Part shown: in pieces, positions 46,413 through 55,762 of the stretch
Layout of the letters: each line of letters starts with the position of its first letter
How positions within the stretch are numbered: the stretch's first letter is position 1
NCBI GenBank assembly: GCA_964342815.1
Contig: CAYFHS010000006.1
Location: 32,001 to 96,000, forward strand
Direction: 5' to 3'
From: an uncultured archaeon
GTDB lineage: Archaea; Thermoplasmatota; Penumbrarchaeia; JASLWR01
DNA: 64,000 bases
The notes under the pieces: model-generated
Told to the model about the DNA's origin: nothing
Database searches by the model: none
The model's input: the letters and a program-made list of their open reading frames with translations, nothing else
Translations under genes and position numbers: made by a program

Positions 46413-47561
46413 ATGCAAGTCGATCCGACAATGCTTGAAAAGCAGAGATTAATTGGCCAGGGTGGAAATTGTGCACCAGCCGGTATATCTTTTTGGGATC
46501 CCAATTCGTATGGCGGTAAGTTGTCTGAAGGATGTGTCCTCTGCGAGAAGGGTGCAAAGATGGTATTTTTCGTGACGGGCATATGTTCTCGTTCTTGCTT
46601 TTACTGCCCGATTTCCGAGAAGAAATCCGGCGTCGACGTTACCTATGCCAACGAGAGACAGGTTTTCGATATCCAGGAGGCCGTGCAGGAAGCCGCACTT
46701 ATTGATGCACTGGGTACTGGTATCACGGGGGGAGATCCTCTGGCAGTGCTCTCAAAAACCTGTTTTTCCATTAGGGAATTGAAAAAGCGTTTCGGCGAAG
46801 CCCATCATATTCACCTGTATACAATGACACCCGCCACTGGAGAAGTTCTCCAGGAATTGGCCAATGCGGGATTGAACGAGATACGTTTTCATGTTCCCCC
46901 TGAAACCTGGAGCTCGGAGGGATTGTGTGATTCTGGATTCGGGGATTCGATCGGAAGCGCAAAGAACCTTGGCTTGGACTGCGGTGTCGAGGTACCAGTT
47001 TTCCCAGAAATGGAGAAGGAATTGATCTTTCTATGCAAGTGGGCCCTTAATACCGGTGCCGATTTCGTCAATCTAAATGAGCTGGAAATGAATTACATCA
47101 ATTATAAATTTTTAAATGAACGTAATTATTCAACCAGATCGGATATCTCAAGTGCAGTTTCCGGTTCAGCTGAGCTCGGGATGCGTGTACTTAGACATTT
47201 CAAGGAGTCCCACAGTAATATCCATTTCTGTTCGGTTGCATTCAAGGACGGAGTCCAGCTAAAAAATAGAATTGGTCGAAGGGCCAAGAATGTGATGAAG
47301 CCTTATCAGGAGATCACCGAAGACAACACTCTGATCAGAGCTTTGATCGAATGTCCGCCAACCGATGAGAATCTAATTTCTCTCAGAGACGAATTCGACA
47401 TACCGGAAGGAATGATCGAAAAGGATCATCTCAATTCATGTCTAAGTACCGCCTGGTACGTGGCTGAGGAGATCAACGAGCATATTCCCTTTCGATGCGC
47501 TATAATTGAAGAGTATCCCACCTACGACCGATTGGAAGTTGAGAGGAGATATCTGAATTAA
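46413..47561 (+). CDS. Radical SAM protein (archaeal COG2108-like, function unknown)
   Basis: LSEGCVLCEKGAKMVFFVTGICSRSCFYCP (CxxxCxxC), GITGGDP, HIHLYT, LNEIRFH, NLNELE. Confidence 0.85.
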   Translation: MQVDPTMLEKQRLIGQGGNCAPAGISFWDPNSYGGKLSEGCVLCEKGAKMVFFVTGICSRSCFYCPISEKKSGVDVTYANERQVFDIQEAVQEAALIDALGTGITGGDPLAVLSKTCFSIRELKKRFGEAHHIHLYTMTPATGEVLQELANAGLNEIRFHVPPETWSSEGLCDSGFGDSIGSAKNLGLDCGVEVPVFPEMEKELIFLCKWALNTGADFVNLNELEMNYINYKFLNERNYSTRSDISSAVSGSAELGMRVLRHFKESHSNIHFCSVAFKDGVQLKNRIGRRAKNVMKPYQEITEDNTLIRALIECPPTDENLISLRDEFDIPEGMIEKDHLNSCLSTAWYVAEEINEHIPFRCAIIEEYPTYDRLEVERRYLN

Positions 47562-47578
47562 ACCTGTGAGGTATTCGG

Positions 47579-48211
47579 GTGAACACCAAAAGAATATTCA
47601 TCGTGATAGGTCATGATTCACAACTTGACGGGATGTTCCGGCTCGAGGATCTCCCTGGGTCGGGCCGGATCGATGAGATTGCCAGGTGCGTCACAGCCGC
47701 CCTTCTTGTGTCCAACGGTATTAGAAAGGATACAGTGGTAATGCTGATACTTCAAGGTAAGGGGGGAACGAGACTGGTGGAATTTAACGGGAAATATATG
47801 AAGAACCTTAATCCCGACGAGAGGAGTACTGCCGCTCTTCTTAGGATCGCTCTTCGTAATGAGGTATTCATTTTTGAAAAAAAGGTCATTCCGGGTATCA
47901 CACTGGTTCCGGGGGACCTCCGAACCCATCTTGAAAAGATCGACAAGAGCTCCCTTATCTTACATTTGCGGGAAGACGGAAAAGACGCTTTTGAAAAAAG
48001 TGCAAAGGATATTATCAAGACATGGGTAAATAAAAACGAAACTTTAGTGATCATCCTTTCCGACAACAAGGACCTGTCAAAAGAAGAGACCGAGCTTCTT
48101 TTAAAAATCTCCACGGTTCCCATTTCGCTGGGACCTTTGAGCCTGCAATCTCATCAGACCATACTTATAATGCATAATCTACTGGACCGAATTACCCAGT
48201 GGCATAATTGA
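47579..48211 (+). CDS. trmY: tRNA (pseudouridine54-N1)-methyltransferase, SPOUT family
   Basis: DLPGSGRIDEIARCV, LNPDERSTAALL, ISLGP, HNLLDR; GTG start with GAGGT RBS. Confidence 0.88.
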   Translation: MNTKRIFIVIGHDSQLDGMFRLEDLPGSGRIDEIARCVTAALLVSNGIRKDTVVMLILQGKGGTRLVEFNGKYMKNLNPDERSTAALLRIALRNEVFIFEKKVIPGITLVPGDLRTHLEKIDKSSLILHLREDGKDAFEKSAKDIIKTWVNKNETLVIILSDNKDLSKEETELLLKISTVPISLGPLSLQSHQTILIMHNLLDRITQWHN

Positions 48212-48578
48212 TGCCATAGATGGAATCATGTCCCAATTCCCGTCATCAAGTTCACATAATTACATTAATGTTACATTACAGTTCATGAACCGACCATATT
48301 TAATTATCGCCTACATTCATTAATAGCTTCGGGGAAGCAAACATCCTTCATGATCGATAACGACAATATTAAAGGTTGAGGGGCTGATATAAACCGTGAA
48401 AATCCCCGTCATTTGTCAGGGGGGATTTGGGACCGGCGATCGAAATAAACGGATAAAACTAATATAAAATCGAAACACTTGGGTAAAAAGATTTAAAAAC
48501 AGTTGAGATATTAAAAACCAAAAATTATTGTCTAGATTAGAGGAATTAAACGCGAACCTGAAAGAGTGATGAGGTGTA

Positions 48579-51500
48579 ATGATGAGAAAGGTTTTTGCAA
48601 TCGTAATTGTCATTGTCATGTTGGCAATGGTTTTTTACAAAACGATACCGACATACGGGAATGAAACCGCTATCGAAACCATTGAACTGCCGGAGGAGCC
48701 CTCCGCGGGATCATACAAGGAGGCTGATACGGTCGATCAATCGATCCAAAATGAGATGGAACAAACGGATGAACCACCGGCGGATTTCGCCCCTATGGAG
48801 GATGGCAAGCCACTGGTGCGTCCGGACGGTACCATTGACCCTGTTGTCTTTCAGGTATACAAGGAAAGAATACAGCGCGAGAACGACCTCATCAGCAATC
48901 CACCCCCTAAACCGAGATCAAGGTTTCACCTGACCACGGCCACAGGTATCTCATTCATCTATCCAAACAACTGGCCTCGCGTAATGTATTATGAAAATTA
49001 TTCGGTGGTTGGTGTTCTTTTCGAGGATTCCAATGAGAACGGACTTTGGAACCAGGGGGAGATTGGTGTACCCAACGCGCCGGTCCACGTCTACTGGGGC
49101 GAAGGGCACGTAAGGGAAATTCTTCCGGCGCCCATAACAGGCGCGACCCAGGCAACGCTTGGTTCATTTTCAACTTATTTTACAGTTACCGAGACTCAGG
49201 AGGGACTTTATCCGCTTAATTTCACATTCAAGGGTCTTACCACAAGAAACGGGACAACCTATTACGAACACACACCTGGATCACCCCCTCCCGCCGGTCA
49301 CTGGTTGGCTACGGAACCTTCAACCTGGCCGCCTTTACCCCTGGAGGATTACCAAGCCGAGATTTGGCACAACGTCAAGATAGATTTTCAGGTAACCTCC
49401 CCAGACCTCGATGATATAGAGGTGGGAGATACTCTGGAGATAACCGGAACACTTGAAGATGCGGACCTCCATTGGGGATTGAGCCAGAAGGTCTTGCACG
49501 TGAAATTCGATAACAATCCCGTATACCCCTCCACAGTTGCCACGTCAGGGACGGGTACGTTTTCCTATCAGTACCAGATACCTGAAACAGTTCGACCCGG
49601 CAAACATACCATCGGAGTGGAATTTCACTCGGGATATACGAACCCACAGCAGGAAAAACCCAATTATTATTATGTTGATAATTCAACGGTAGTGGAATTC
49701 AAGGTTCACCGTCCGACAAGCTTCGTCGTGAACGACCGTGTGGTCTACAGGACCGATACGATAAACATCTCCGGAGCTATTGTTGACAACCGAGGCCAGG
49801 GGCCTGATCCTGTCATAGCCAACGAATCTTTCAAATACGAGGTGATTATAAACTGGGGAGACCCTTCCGAACTGTATTACGAACCGGGGATGAAAGCCAC
49901 TCTATTACCGTCAGGGAACTTTACCCGACAATTCACCATTAAGAAGACCCAGCCCCTCACCAGGGTGCATATCACCTTCCATTTCAGGGTTGAGAATTCC
50001 GATCACGGAGCTACTATGTACTATCGGGAAGCCACGGGTGAGGCATATTACACTGTTAAAGCGAGGACAATATTAGAGCTGCACGTGATGGATAAGGACG
50101 GCAAAAACGAGCTTGATACCGTCAGCCGAACGGGACCTGACAGCGCCTTCAAGATATCTGGAATTCTCTGGGACAAGGACCAGAGGGATGCCTCGGGTCG
50201 CTGGACCAGCCCCATCGAGAAGATGTCTGTGGATATCTGGTGGGGGGATAAATATCTGGGTGAGCGAACTACCGACCAGTTTGGAAGGTTCAGCATAGAT
50301 AAGAACCTTGGTATAAACGATCCTATCGGTCCGGTAATGGTGCGGGCGAACATGGACGATACCTACTGGTACAAGGGATTTGATACCGACAGTTATGCGG
50401 GTGACGGATCATATTACGGCAAGATAATTGACGTGGTGGCGAAGACTACCATCGAAATAATGCAGGGTTCGGGATTGAAGGGGGAAAAAGCTGTAATAAG
50501 GGGGCGGCTCTACGATGACAGAGGTGCGGCTTACGGTATCGGCAACCGTTCCGTGGAGCTATACTGGAAGAAGACCAAATTCGCCCCGCTGGGTTCGTCC
50601 ATTGGAGAAGCATTTACCGATGCTAATGGGAATTTCGTATTATCGAGTTTCCAGATACCCAAGACCCAAGGAGTGGGGGATGCATTCGTTGTTGGAATAT
50701 TCAGAGGATCCGAAAAGGTAATCCATTCAAAGGACCATCAAAAACACTATACGGCAGGGGATGCATATGATTATACGGAATCGGAGGACATCACTTTCAA
50801 CATTTCAGCCTATATTTACGTTTCCATTGACCCCAGTATACTTAACGGTTCCAAGTATACTCGCGGCGATACCATCAAGATAAGCGGTGAAGTGGTTGAG
50901 GTTTTCGAGAACAAGAGAACGAGTCCACCCCGCTACGTTAAAGGTATAAAGGTGTCGGCATTCTTCATGTGGGACGGCAGGGAGCAGAAACTTCCCGATA
51001 CGACCACTGATGATTTCGGGCAATACGAGATAGTCGCTACCGTTCCCAAGAGTCTTGAAGTGGGTCCGTATATATTAAAAATGTATTTTAATAATACTGA
51101 TAAATATGTGACCAAGCCACAGTTTCTGGAATCGAGAAGCATCGTTGTTGTTGCAGATACATACATAAAGATTGTGGATCAGCCCGAGGACGTCACCGGA
51201 GACGAGATCCCCGATATTGGTTTTGTCAATCCAAACGTGGAGACCGGCTATCAGTTCAGTATTCTTCTTCTCGAGCGGAACACACTGCTGAACGAACCTG
51301 TGCCAGTTAACGGTACCATGGTTTCGCTTACGATCACGTTGTGGGACGATTCCGGTATACGGTATATCAACCTTTCGAACCTCAGAACCAACTATCTTGG
51401 CCGTATCGATTTCAACTTCACCGGATTCAGGTCTGTTGACGGGATCTCCATTTCGACACCCGGACTTGGCGCATCCGGTAAAGCTCTCATAGAGTTCAAG

Positions 51501-52103
51501 GGAAGCGGATATCTTACGAAATCCGATGAGGAGATCGATCTTAACTATATTGCAAGGCCGATCATACCCCCGCCTCCTGGCATTACCGATTGGGAATGGT
51601 GGGCAGATCGGCCGGCTGCACTGGCTGGAGTCGGGATATTCCTGATCTTGCTGATACTTGGTATAATCTTATTGGTCCTCTATCTACGCAATAGGGCCCG
51701 TATCAGGGGTATCAAGAGAATTATCAAGAGGGCTGCCGACCAGCTTATTGCAGGTAACGAGTATACTGCAGTCATCTTCAAATCATACCAGAAACTGGGT
51801 ATGCATTTGAGGCGCTTCGGTTACCTCAGGCGTGAGGCCGAGACGTTCAGGGAGTTCGAGGATGCTGTCCGAACGGCATTGCCCGTGGATAAACAGAGCC
51901 TCAACGGTTTCTTAACCATTCTAGAAGAGGCTCGTTACAGCTCCCATGAGATCGGCGAGACCCAGAGGAACAATGCTATCTCCAATCTACGTGGTATTGA
52001 GAATTCACTAACTTATATACAGTTGGATGAAGAAGAGGCCATGAGAAAACTCGAAGAGAGCGAAGCTGATTTCGTGGAGACGGAGATCATTCTTAAAAAA
52101 TGA
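48579..52103 (+). CDS. Large single-pass membrane protein with repeated beta-sandwich ectodomain and C-terminal DUF4129
   Basis: Signal-like N-terminus; SdrD-B-like GVLFEDSNENGLWNQGEIGV; repeated ISGxxxD...TDxxGxF units; TM; YQKL...RREAETFREF...EEARYS (DUF4129 pattern). Confidence 0.8.
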   Translation: MMRKVFAIVIVIVMLAMVFYKTIPTYGNETAIETIELPEEPSAGSYKEADTVDQSIQNEMEQTDEPPADFAPMEDGKPLVRPDGTIDPVVFQVYKERIQRENDLISNPPPKPRSRFHLTTATGISFIYPNNWPRVMYYENYSVVGVLFEDSNENGLWNQGEIGVPNAPVHVYWGEGHVREILPAPITGATQATLGSFSTYFTVTETQEGLYPLNFTFKGLTTRNGTTYYEHTPGSPPPAGHWLATEPSTWPPLPLEDYQAEIWHNVKIDFQVTSPDLDDIEVGDTLEITGTLEDADLHWGLSQKVLHVKFDNNPVYPSTVATSGTGTFSYQYQIPETVRPGKHTIGVEFHSGYTNPQQEKPNYYYVDNSTVVEFKVHRPTSFVVNDRVVYRTDTINISGAIVDNRGQGPDPVIANESFKYEVIINWGDPSELYYEPGMKATLLPSGNFTRQFTIKKTQPLTRVHITFHFRVENSDHGATMYYREATGEAYYTVKARTILELHVMDKDGKNELDTVSRTGPDSAFKISGILWDKDQRDASGRWTSPIEKMSVDIWWGDKYLGERTTDQFGRFSIDKNLGINDPIGPVMVRANMDDTYWYKGFDTDSYAGDGSYYGKIIDVVAKTTIEIMQGSGLKGEKAVIRGRLYDDRGAAYGIGNRSVELYWKKTKFAPLGSSIGEAFTDANGNFVLSSFQIPKTQGVGDAFVVGIFRGSEKVIHSKDHQKHYTAGDAYDYTESEDITFNISAYIYVSIDPSILNGSKYTRGDTIKISGEVVEVFENKRTSPPRYVKGIKVSAFFMWDGREQKLPDTTTDDFGQYEIVATVPKSLEVGPYILKMYFNNTDKYVTKPQFLESRSIVVVADTYIKIVDQPEDVTGDEIPDIGFVNPNVETGYQFSILLLERNTLLNEPVPVNGTMVSLTITLWDDSGIRYINLSNLRTNYLGRIDFNFTGFRSVDGISISTPGLGASGKALIEFKGSGYLTKSDEEIDLNYIARPIIPPPPGITDWEWWADRPAALAGVGIFLILLILGIILLVLYLRNRARIRGIKRIIKRAADQLIAGNEYTAVIFKSYQKLGMHLRRFGYLRREAETFREFEDAVRTALPVDKQSLNGFLTILEEARYSSHEIGETQRNNAISNLRGIENSLTYIQLDEEEAMRKLEESEADFVETEIILKK

Positions 52104-52106
52104 TGT

Positions 52107-52146
52107 AAAAGGGGCCCTAAAAAAGGGTCCTTTTTTCTTTTTTTTT
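52107..52146 (+). terminator. Hairpin plus long T tract
   Basis: aaaaggggccc-taaaaaa-gggtcctttt then ttctttttttt directly after the 52103 stop. Confidence 0.7.
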
Positions 52147-52272
52147 ACCATGATGGCTGTCTGTAATATCGGCGTATAACATAAGACCTAAAACATTAAA
52201 TATCATTAGAAGTATACTGCGAGAGCAATAAAAACCAGTTCCCTGAAATCACAATGAAAAACAGAAGCTGGC

Positions 52273-54594
52273 ATGAAGGGTGGAAAGATGCTGAAGAGGG
52301 TAGCAGCGATCATATTTGCCCTAGTATTAATGGCAACGTACTTGTTTTATCCCATTTTACTTGATGCGATTGAATCCGATGAGGAACCAATTTTTCTCGG
52401 GTTCAATGATACACCCCGAGATATCTCGGGTTTCGTATCTGATATGAAAGGGGATTCGAACTACACCGTAAGAACCGTGGTGACGACCCCTGGGATATTC
52501 GAGCAGAATATGGTCGATCCGGAAAGAACACTGTATATCGCTGCGGGAATTGAACGTGAATATACCGAGAACGAGATCGATGCGATCAAGTCCTTTATTA
52601 AAGCTGGTGGGCACGCCATAATTGCAGATGATTTCGGATATGTCCAGCCCCTGGCAGATGAGTTCAATATCACGTATTATACCGGGCAGTTCTACGACCA
52701 GCGCTTCGACAAGAATGTGAACTTTCCAATATGTGAAGCTGTTCTCGGGCTTGATCAGGGCCGCTGGCAGTACCAGTTTTCCGAGGGGGATATCCCCACC
52801 AGTTCCGGTCAGTACAAAGTTTGGCAGGACGAGCCGGATGGCATCTGGGACGATAACGATGACGGGGACCGCTGGGTGGACGAAGATGTTTTGGATGATA
52901 TTGATAATGATCAGGATAATCGCAAACTGACAAAAAACCACGTTGACGATGATTTTGATAGTGAAGATGAAAATGCCGCAGAAGAAGCCTATAGTCATGA
53001 TTCTTTCTTGGACGGCTCCAACAGCTTGCCAAGGAACGGGAAGTACGACTTGGGTGAAAAGACGGGGAAAGACAAGAAAGGACGGGACGGCGGGGCCATT
53101 TGGGTCGATCTGAATAAAGCCATCGAGGATTTTGATATCACGGGAAAACCCCTTGATAACGATAATGACGGAATCGCCAATGAGGTGATCGACGAATCCA
53201 CTGAAGGAGTTGATGAAGATACGTGGGATGACGATGGTGATTGGATTGATAAGAATAAGAACGGTTACCAGGATCCTTATGAAATCGGTGTGAACGAAGA
53301 AAGTCTGAACGGTATAAATGATGACGAAAAGGTTTACATATTCGGTCTGGAATCGGATAATGACATGATCTATACCATGTTTCAGGGCGCCATCCCGGAT
53401 AAACTTCAGGAACTCTTCACTGAATATAATATATTATTTTCAAAAAATGTCAAGCTGACTTCGGAGACCGAATTGACAATCGATGCCATCATTAACATGC
53501 TCAAAGACGCAGATGTCAACTGGGTGGTACCTCCGAGTTGGAAAATAGTTGATGGCAACCGCGAATTTCAGGTAGAACTTAGCGGGGATGGAGAAACCTT
53601 TGATATATACAAGTTGGACCACATGATTGATGAAGACCTGTTCCACTACCAGTTGATCATGAACAAACCAGTGGGGCTGTACTCTTTCAAAACCGAAACC
53701 AACGTGATAGCAAGAGGTTCTGAGAACAGCTATGTGGATTTGAACAATAACGAGAAGATCGAGTTACCTGAAGAGGGTTCCACCAACTTGGCTGACAGGG
53801 TATCCACTGCAGCAAACCGTGTCGAGCTCATCGTTGAGGTAGTAGACCCCTCCTTCGTAGGTACAGGTTCAGTGGTTTTTATAGCTGATGCCGATTTATT
53901 CACCAACGACCTTTTCTCCCTGGATCATATGTCCATCGATTACGAAGACCCTTCCCACTCTCTTTTCGCGGAAAGCCGGATCAATACAAGCTCCCTTCAT
54001 CCGGATGACAAGGCTGACGGAGATAATCTTGCAGATAACACGCCGGACTCGGAACCGGATTACGATAACCAAAAATTCATGAAAGAACTGATTTATTACC
54101 TGTTTCATGACAAGTTCAATTCGGATGAAGATCCTGAGATCCTCGTTCTCATTGATGACAGCCGGCATGGTGAGGATGCAGTATGGTTAAGACCGATGTA
54201 TGGTAGTTTGAGGGTGACCAGTGTTCTTACCTCACAGAGCTGTTATGTTCTGGTCTCTTCGATATTCCTCTTCGTGGGCCTTTTCCTAGTGGTTTTGTTG
54301 AGCAAGGGCCAATTGGAATGGGAGCACGAATTCAATGTTCGGACATTTAAAAAGAGATCCATGGTGCCCGTGGCTTCCGATTTGAAGAAGTCACGTTTAA
54401 GACGGGCTGTGATCGAGAAAGTAAGGATGGACCGGGGTCTCTCGCCGGAAGAATTCCGTGAGGTGGACCCGCGGGATATTGATCGATTGATCGGAAATCC
54501 ACAGCTTATACAATTGGTAAGGGACGAGAAGATTAGCTATTCGCCAGAGGATTTCAGGCGATTGATTGAGATAATCAATAAATGGAAAAAATAA
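52273..54594 (+). CDS. DUF4350-domain membrane protein with large acidic Ca-binding insertion
   Basis: N-terminal TM; YTENEIDAIKSFIKAGGHAIIADDFG; GSVVFIADADLFTN; VLIDDSRH; C-terminal TM and helical tail. Confidence 0.75.
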   Translation: MKGGKMLKRVAAIIFALVLMATYLFYPILLDAIESDEEPIFLGFNDTPRDISGFVSDMKGDSNYTVRTVVTTPGIFEQNMVDPERTLYIAAGIEREYTENEIDAIKSFIKAGGHAIIADDFGYVQPLADEFNITYYTGQFYDQRFDKNVNFPICEAVLGLDQGRWQYQFSEGDIPTSSGQYKVWQDEPDGIWDDNDDGDRWVDEDVLDDIDNDQDNRKLTKNHVDDDFDSEDENAAEEAYSHDSFLDGSNSLPRNGKYDLGEKTGKDKKGRDGGAIWVDLNKAIEDFDITGKPLDNDNDGIANEVIDESTEGVDEDTWDDDGDWIDKNKNGYQDPYEIGVNEESLNGINDDEKVYIFGLESDNDMIYTMFQGAIPDKLQELFTEYNILFSKNVKLTSETELTIDAIINMLKDADVNWVVPPSWKIVDGNREFQVELSGDGETFDIYKLDHMIDEDLFHYQLIMNKPVGLYSFKTETNVIARGSENSYVDLNNNEKIELPEEGSTNLADRVSTAANRVELIVEVVDPSFVGTGSVVFIADADLFTNDLFSLDHMSIDYEDPSHSLFAESRINTSSLHPDDKADGDNLADNTPDSEPDYDNQKFMKELIYYLFHDKFNSDEDPEILVLIDDSRHGEDAVWLRPMYGSLRVTSVLTSQSCYVLVSSIFLFVGLFLVVLLSKGQLEWEHEFNVRTFKKRSMVPVASDLKKSRLRRAVIEKVRMDRGLSPEEFREVDPRDIDRLIGNPQLIQLVRDEKISYSPEDFRRLIEIINKWKK

Positions 54595-54637
54595 CGGTCA
54601 AAGGAGAAATCCTAATATTATAAAAAGGTGATGAAAT

Positions 54638-55759
54638 ATGACAAATGGAGCAGGACCAAAGAAGTTGCCCCCCGGACCGAGAGGACCTGGGCCTGGCGCA
54701 AGGCCAGTGGGGCCTCCGCAGAGAGGACCCATGGGACGACCCGGACCTAGAGGGCCGGGACCCGGACCCAGGGGACCTCCAAGAGCAGGTGGTGCGCCAA
54801 AAGCGAGCCCAGCAGCTATTAGAGGAGTGGCAGCAACGGCAAATGCCGTTATTGAACAGGTATCCAAGGCTATCATAGGTAAAAGAGAGGTTCTGGAGAA
54901 TGTATTGATTTCCATTCTTGCAAATGGTCATACATTGATGGAAGATTTCCCGGGAACGGCGAAGTCCCTAATGATCATGACATTTGCAGACACTCTGGGA
55001 TGCAAATACAGAAGGATTCAGTTCACTCCGGATTTACTTCCCTCTGATATTACTGGTACCTATATATACGACGAAAAGGAAAACGAATTCAAGTTCAGGG
55101 CAGGCCCGATCTTTGCGAACATAATCCTCGCAGATGAGATCAACCGGGCTCCGCCAAAGACCCAGGCGGCTATGCTCGAGGCAATGCAGGAAAGACAGAC
55201 ATCCATTGAAGGTGTTACTCACAAACTTCCGAAACCCTTCATCGTTATGGCGACTCAGAACCCCATTGAGCAGGAAGGAACATATCCCCTGCCCGAAGCT
55301 CAGGTAGATAGGTTCATGCAGAAGATGAGCATGGGTTATCCGTCCAGAGAAGATGAGCGAGAGATTCTCATCAGGAGGATGGGCCGAGGCAAGGATGATG
55401 TGGATGTGGACGTAATAACCAATCCGGAGAAGATCTTGGCTATGATGCGGACTGTTGAGGGTATTCACCTTGATCCAGCATTATTGACCTATATAGTCGA
55501 GATCGTGACCAGGACTAGAGAGGACCCCCGTGTTGTGGTAGGGGCGTCACCAAGAGGTTCATTGGCGCTTTTCAAGCTGTCTAGAGCCAGAGCGGTCCTT
55601 CACGGAAGAGACTATATCACACCGGATGATATCAAGGCTATCTGCATACATGGGTTGGCTCACAGGATTATCCTGAAACCAGAACCTCGTATCAGAGGTG
55701 TACTGCCTGAGGATATCCTTAACAAGATTCTTGCAGAAGTGCCAGTACCAGCGGTGTAA
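54638..55759 (+). CDS. moxR: MoxR-family AAA+ ATPase with Gly/Pro/Arg-rich N-terminal extension
   Basis: HTLMEDFPGTAKS, RIQFTPDLLPSDITG, LADEINRAPPKTQAAMLEAMQE, ATQNPIEQEGTYPLPEAQVDRF, GASPRG; AGGTGA RBS. Confidence 0.95.
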   Translation: MTNGAGPKKLPPGPRGPGPGARPVGPPQRGPMGRPGPRGPGPGPRGPPRAGGAPKASPAAIRGVAATANAVIEQVSKAIIGKREVLENVLISILANGHTLMEDFPGTAKSLMIMTFADTLGCKYRRIQFTPDLLPSDITGTYIYDEKENEFKFRAGPIFANIILADEINRAPPKTQAAMLEAMQERQTSIEGVTHKLPKPFIVMATQNPIEQEGTYPLPEAQVDRFMQKMSMGYPSREDEREILIRRMGRGKDDVDVDVITNPEKILAMMRTVEGIHLDPALLTYIVEIVTRTREDPRVVVGASPRGSLALFKLSRARAVLHGRDYITPDDIKAICIHGLAHRIILKPEPRIRGVLPEDILNKILAEVPVPAV

Positions 55760-55762
55760 ATA

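Noticed and set aside
48400-48428. aaatcccc/ggggattt hairpin upstream of the DUF4129 gene
   Set aside because: Single 8-bp stem lacking the GTA/GA motif; cannot be distinguished from chance.
54598-54915. Antisense Gly/Pro ORF over the MoxR N-terminus
   Set aside because: Expected shadow of GGN/CCN codons; no independent support.
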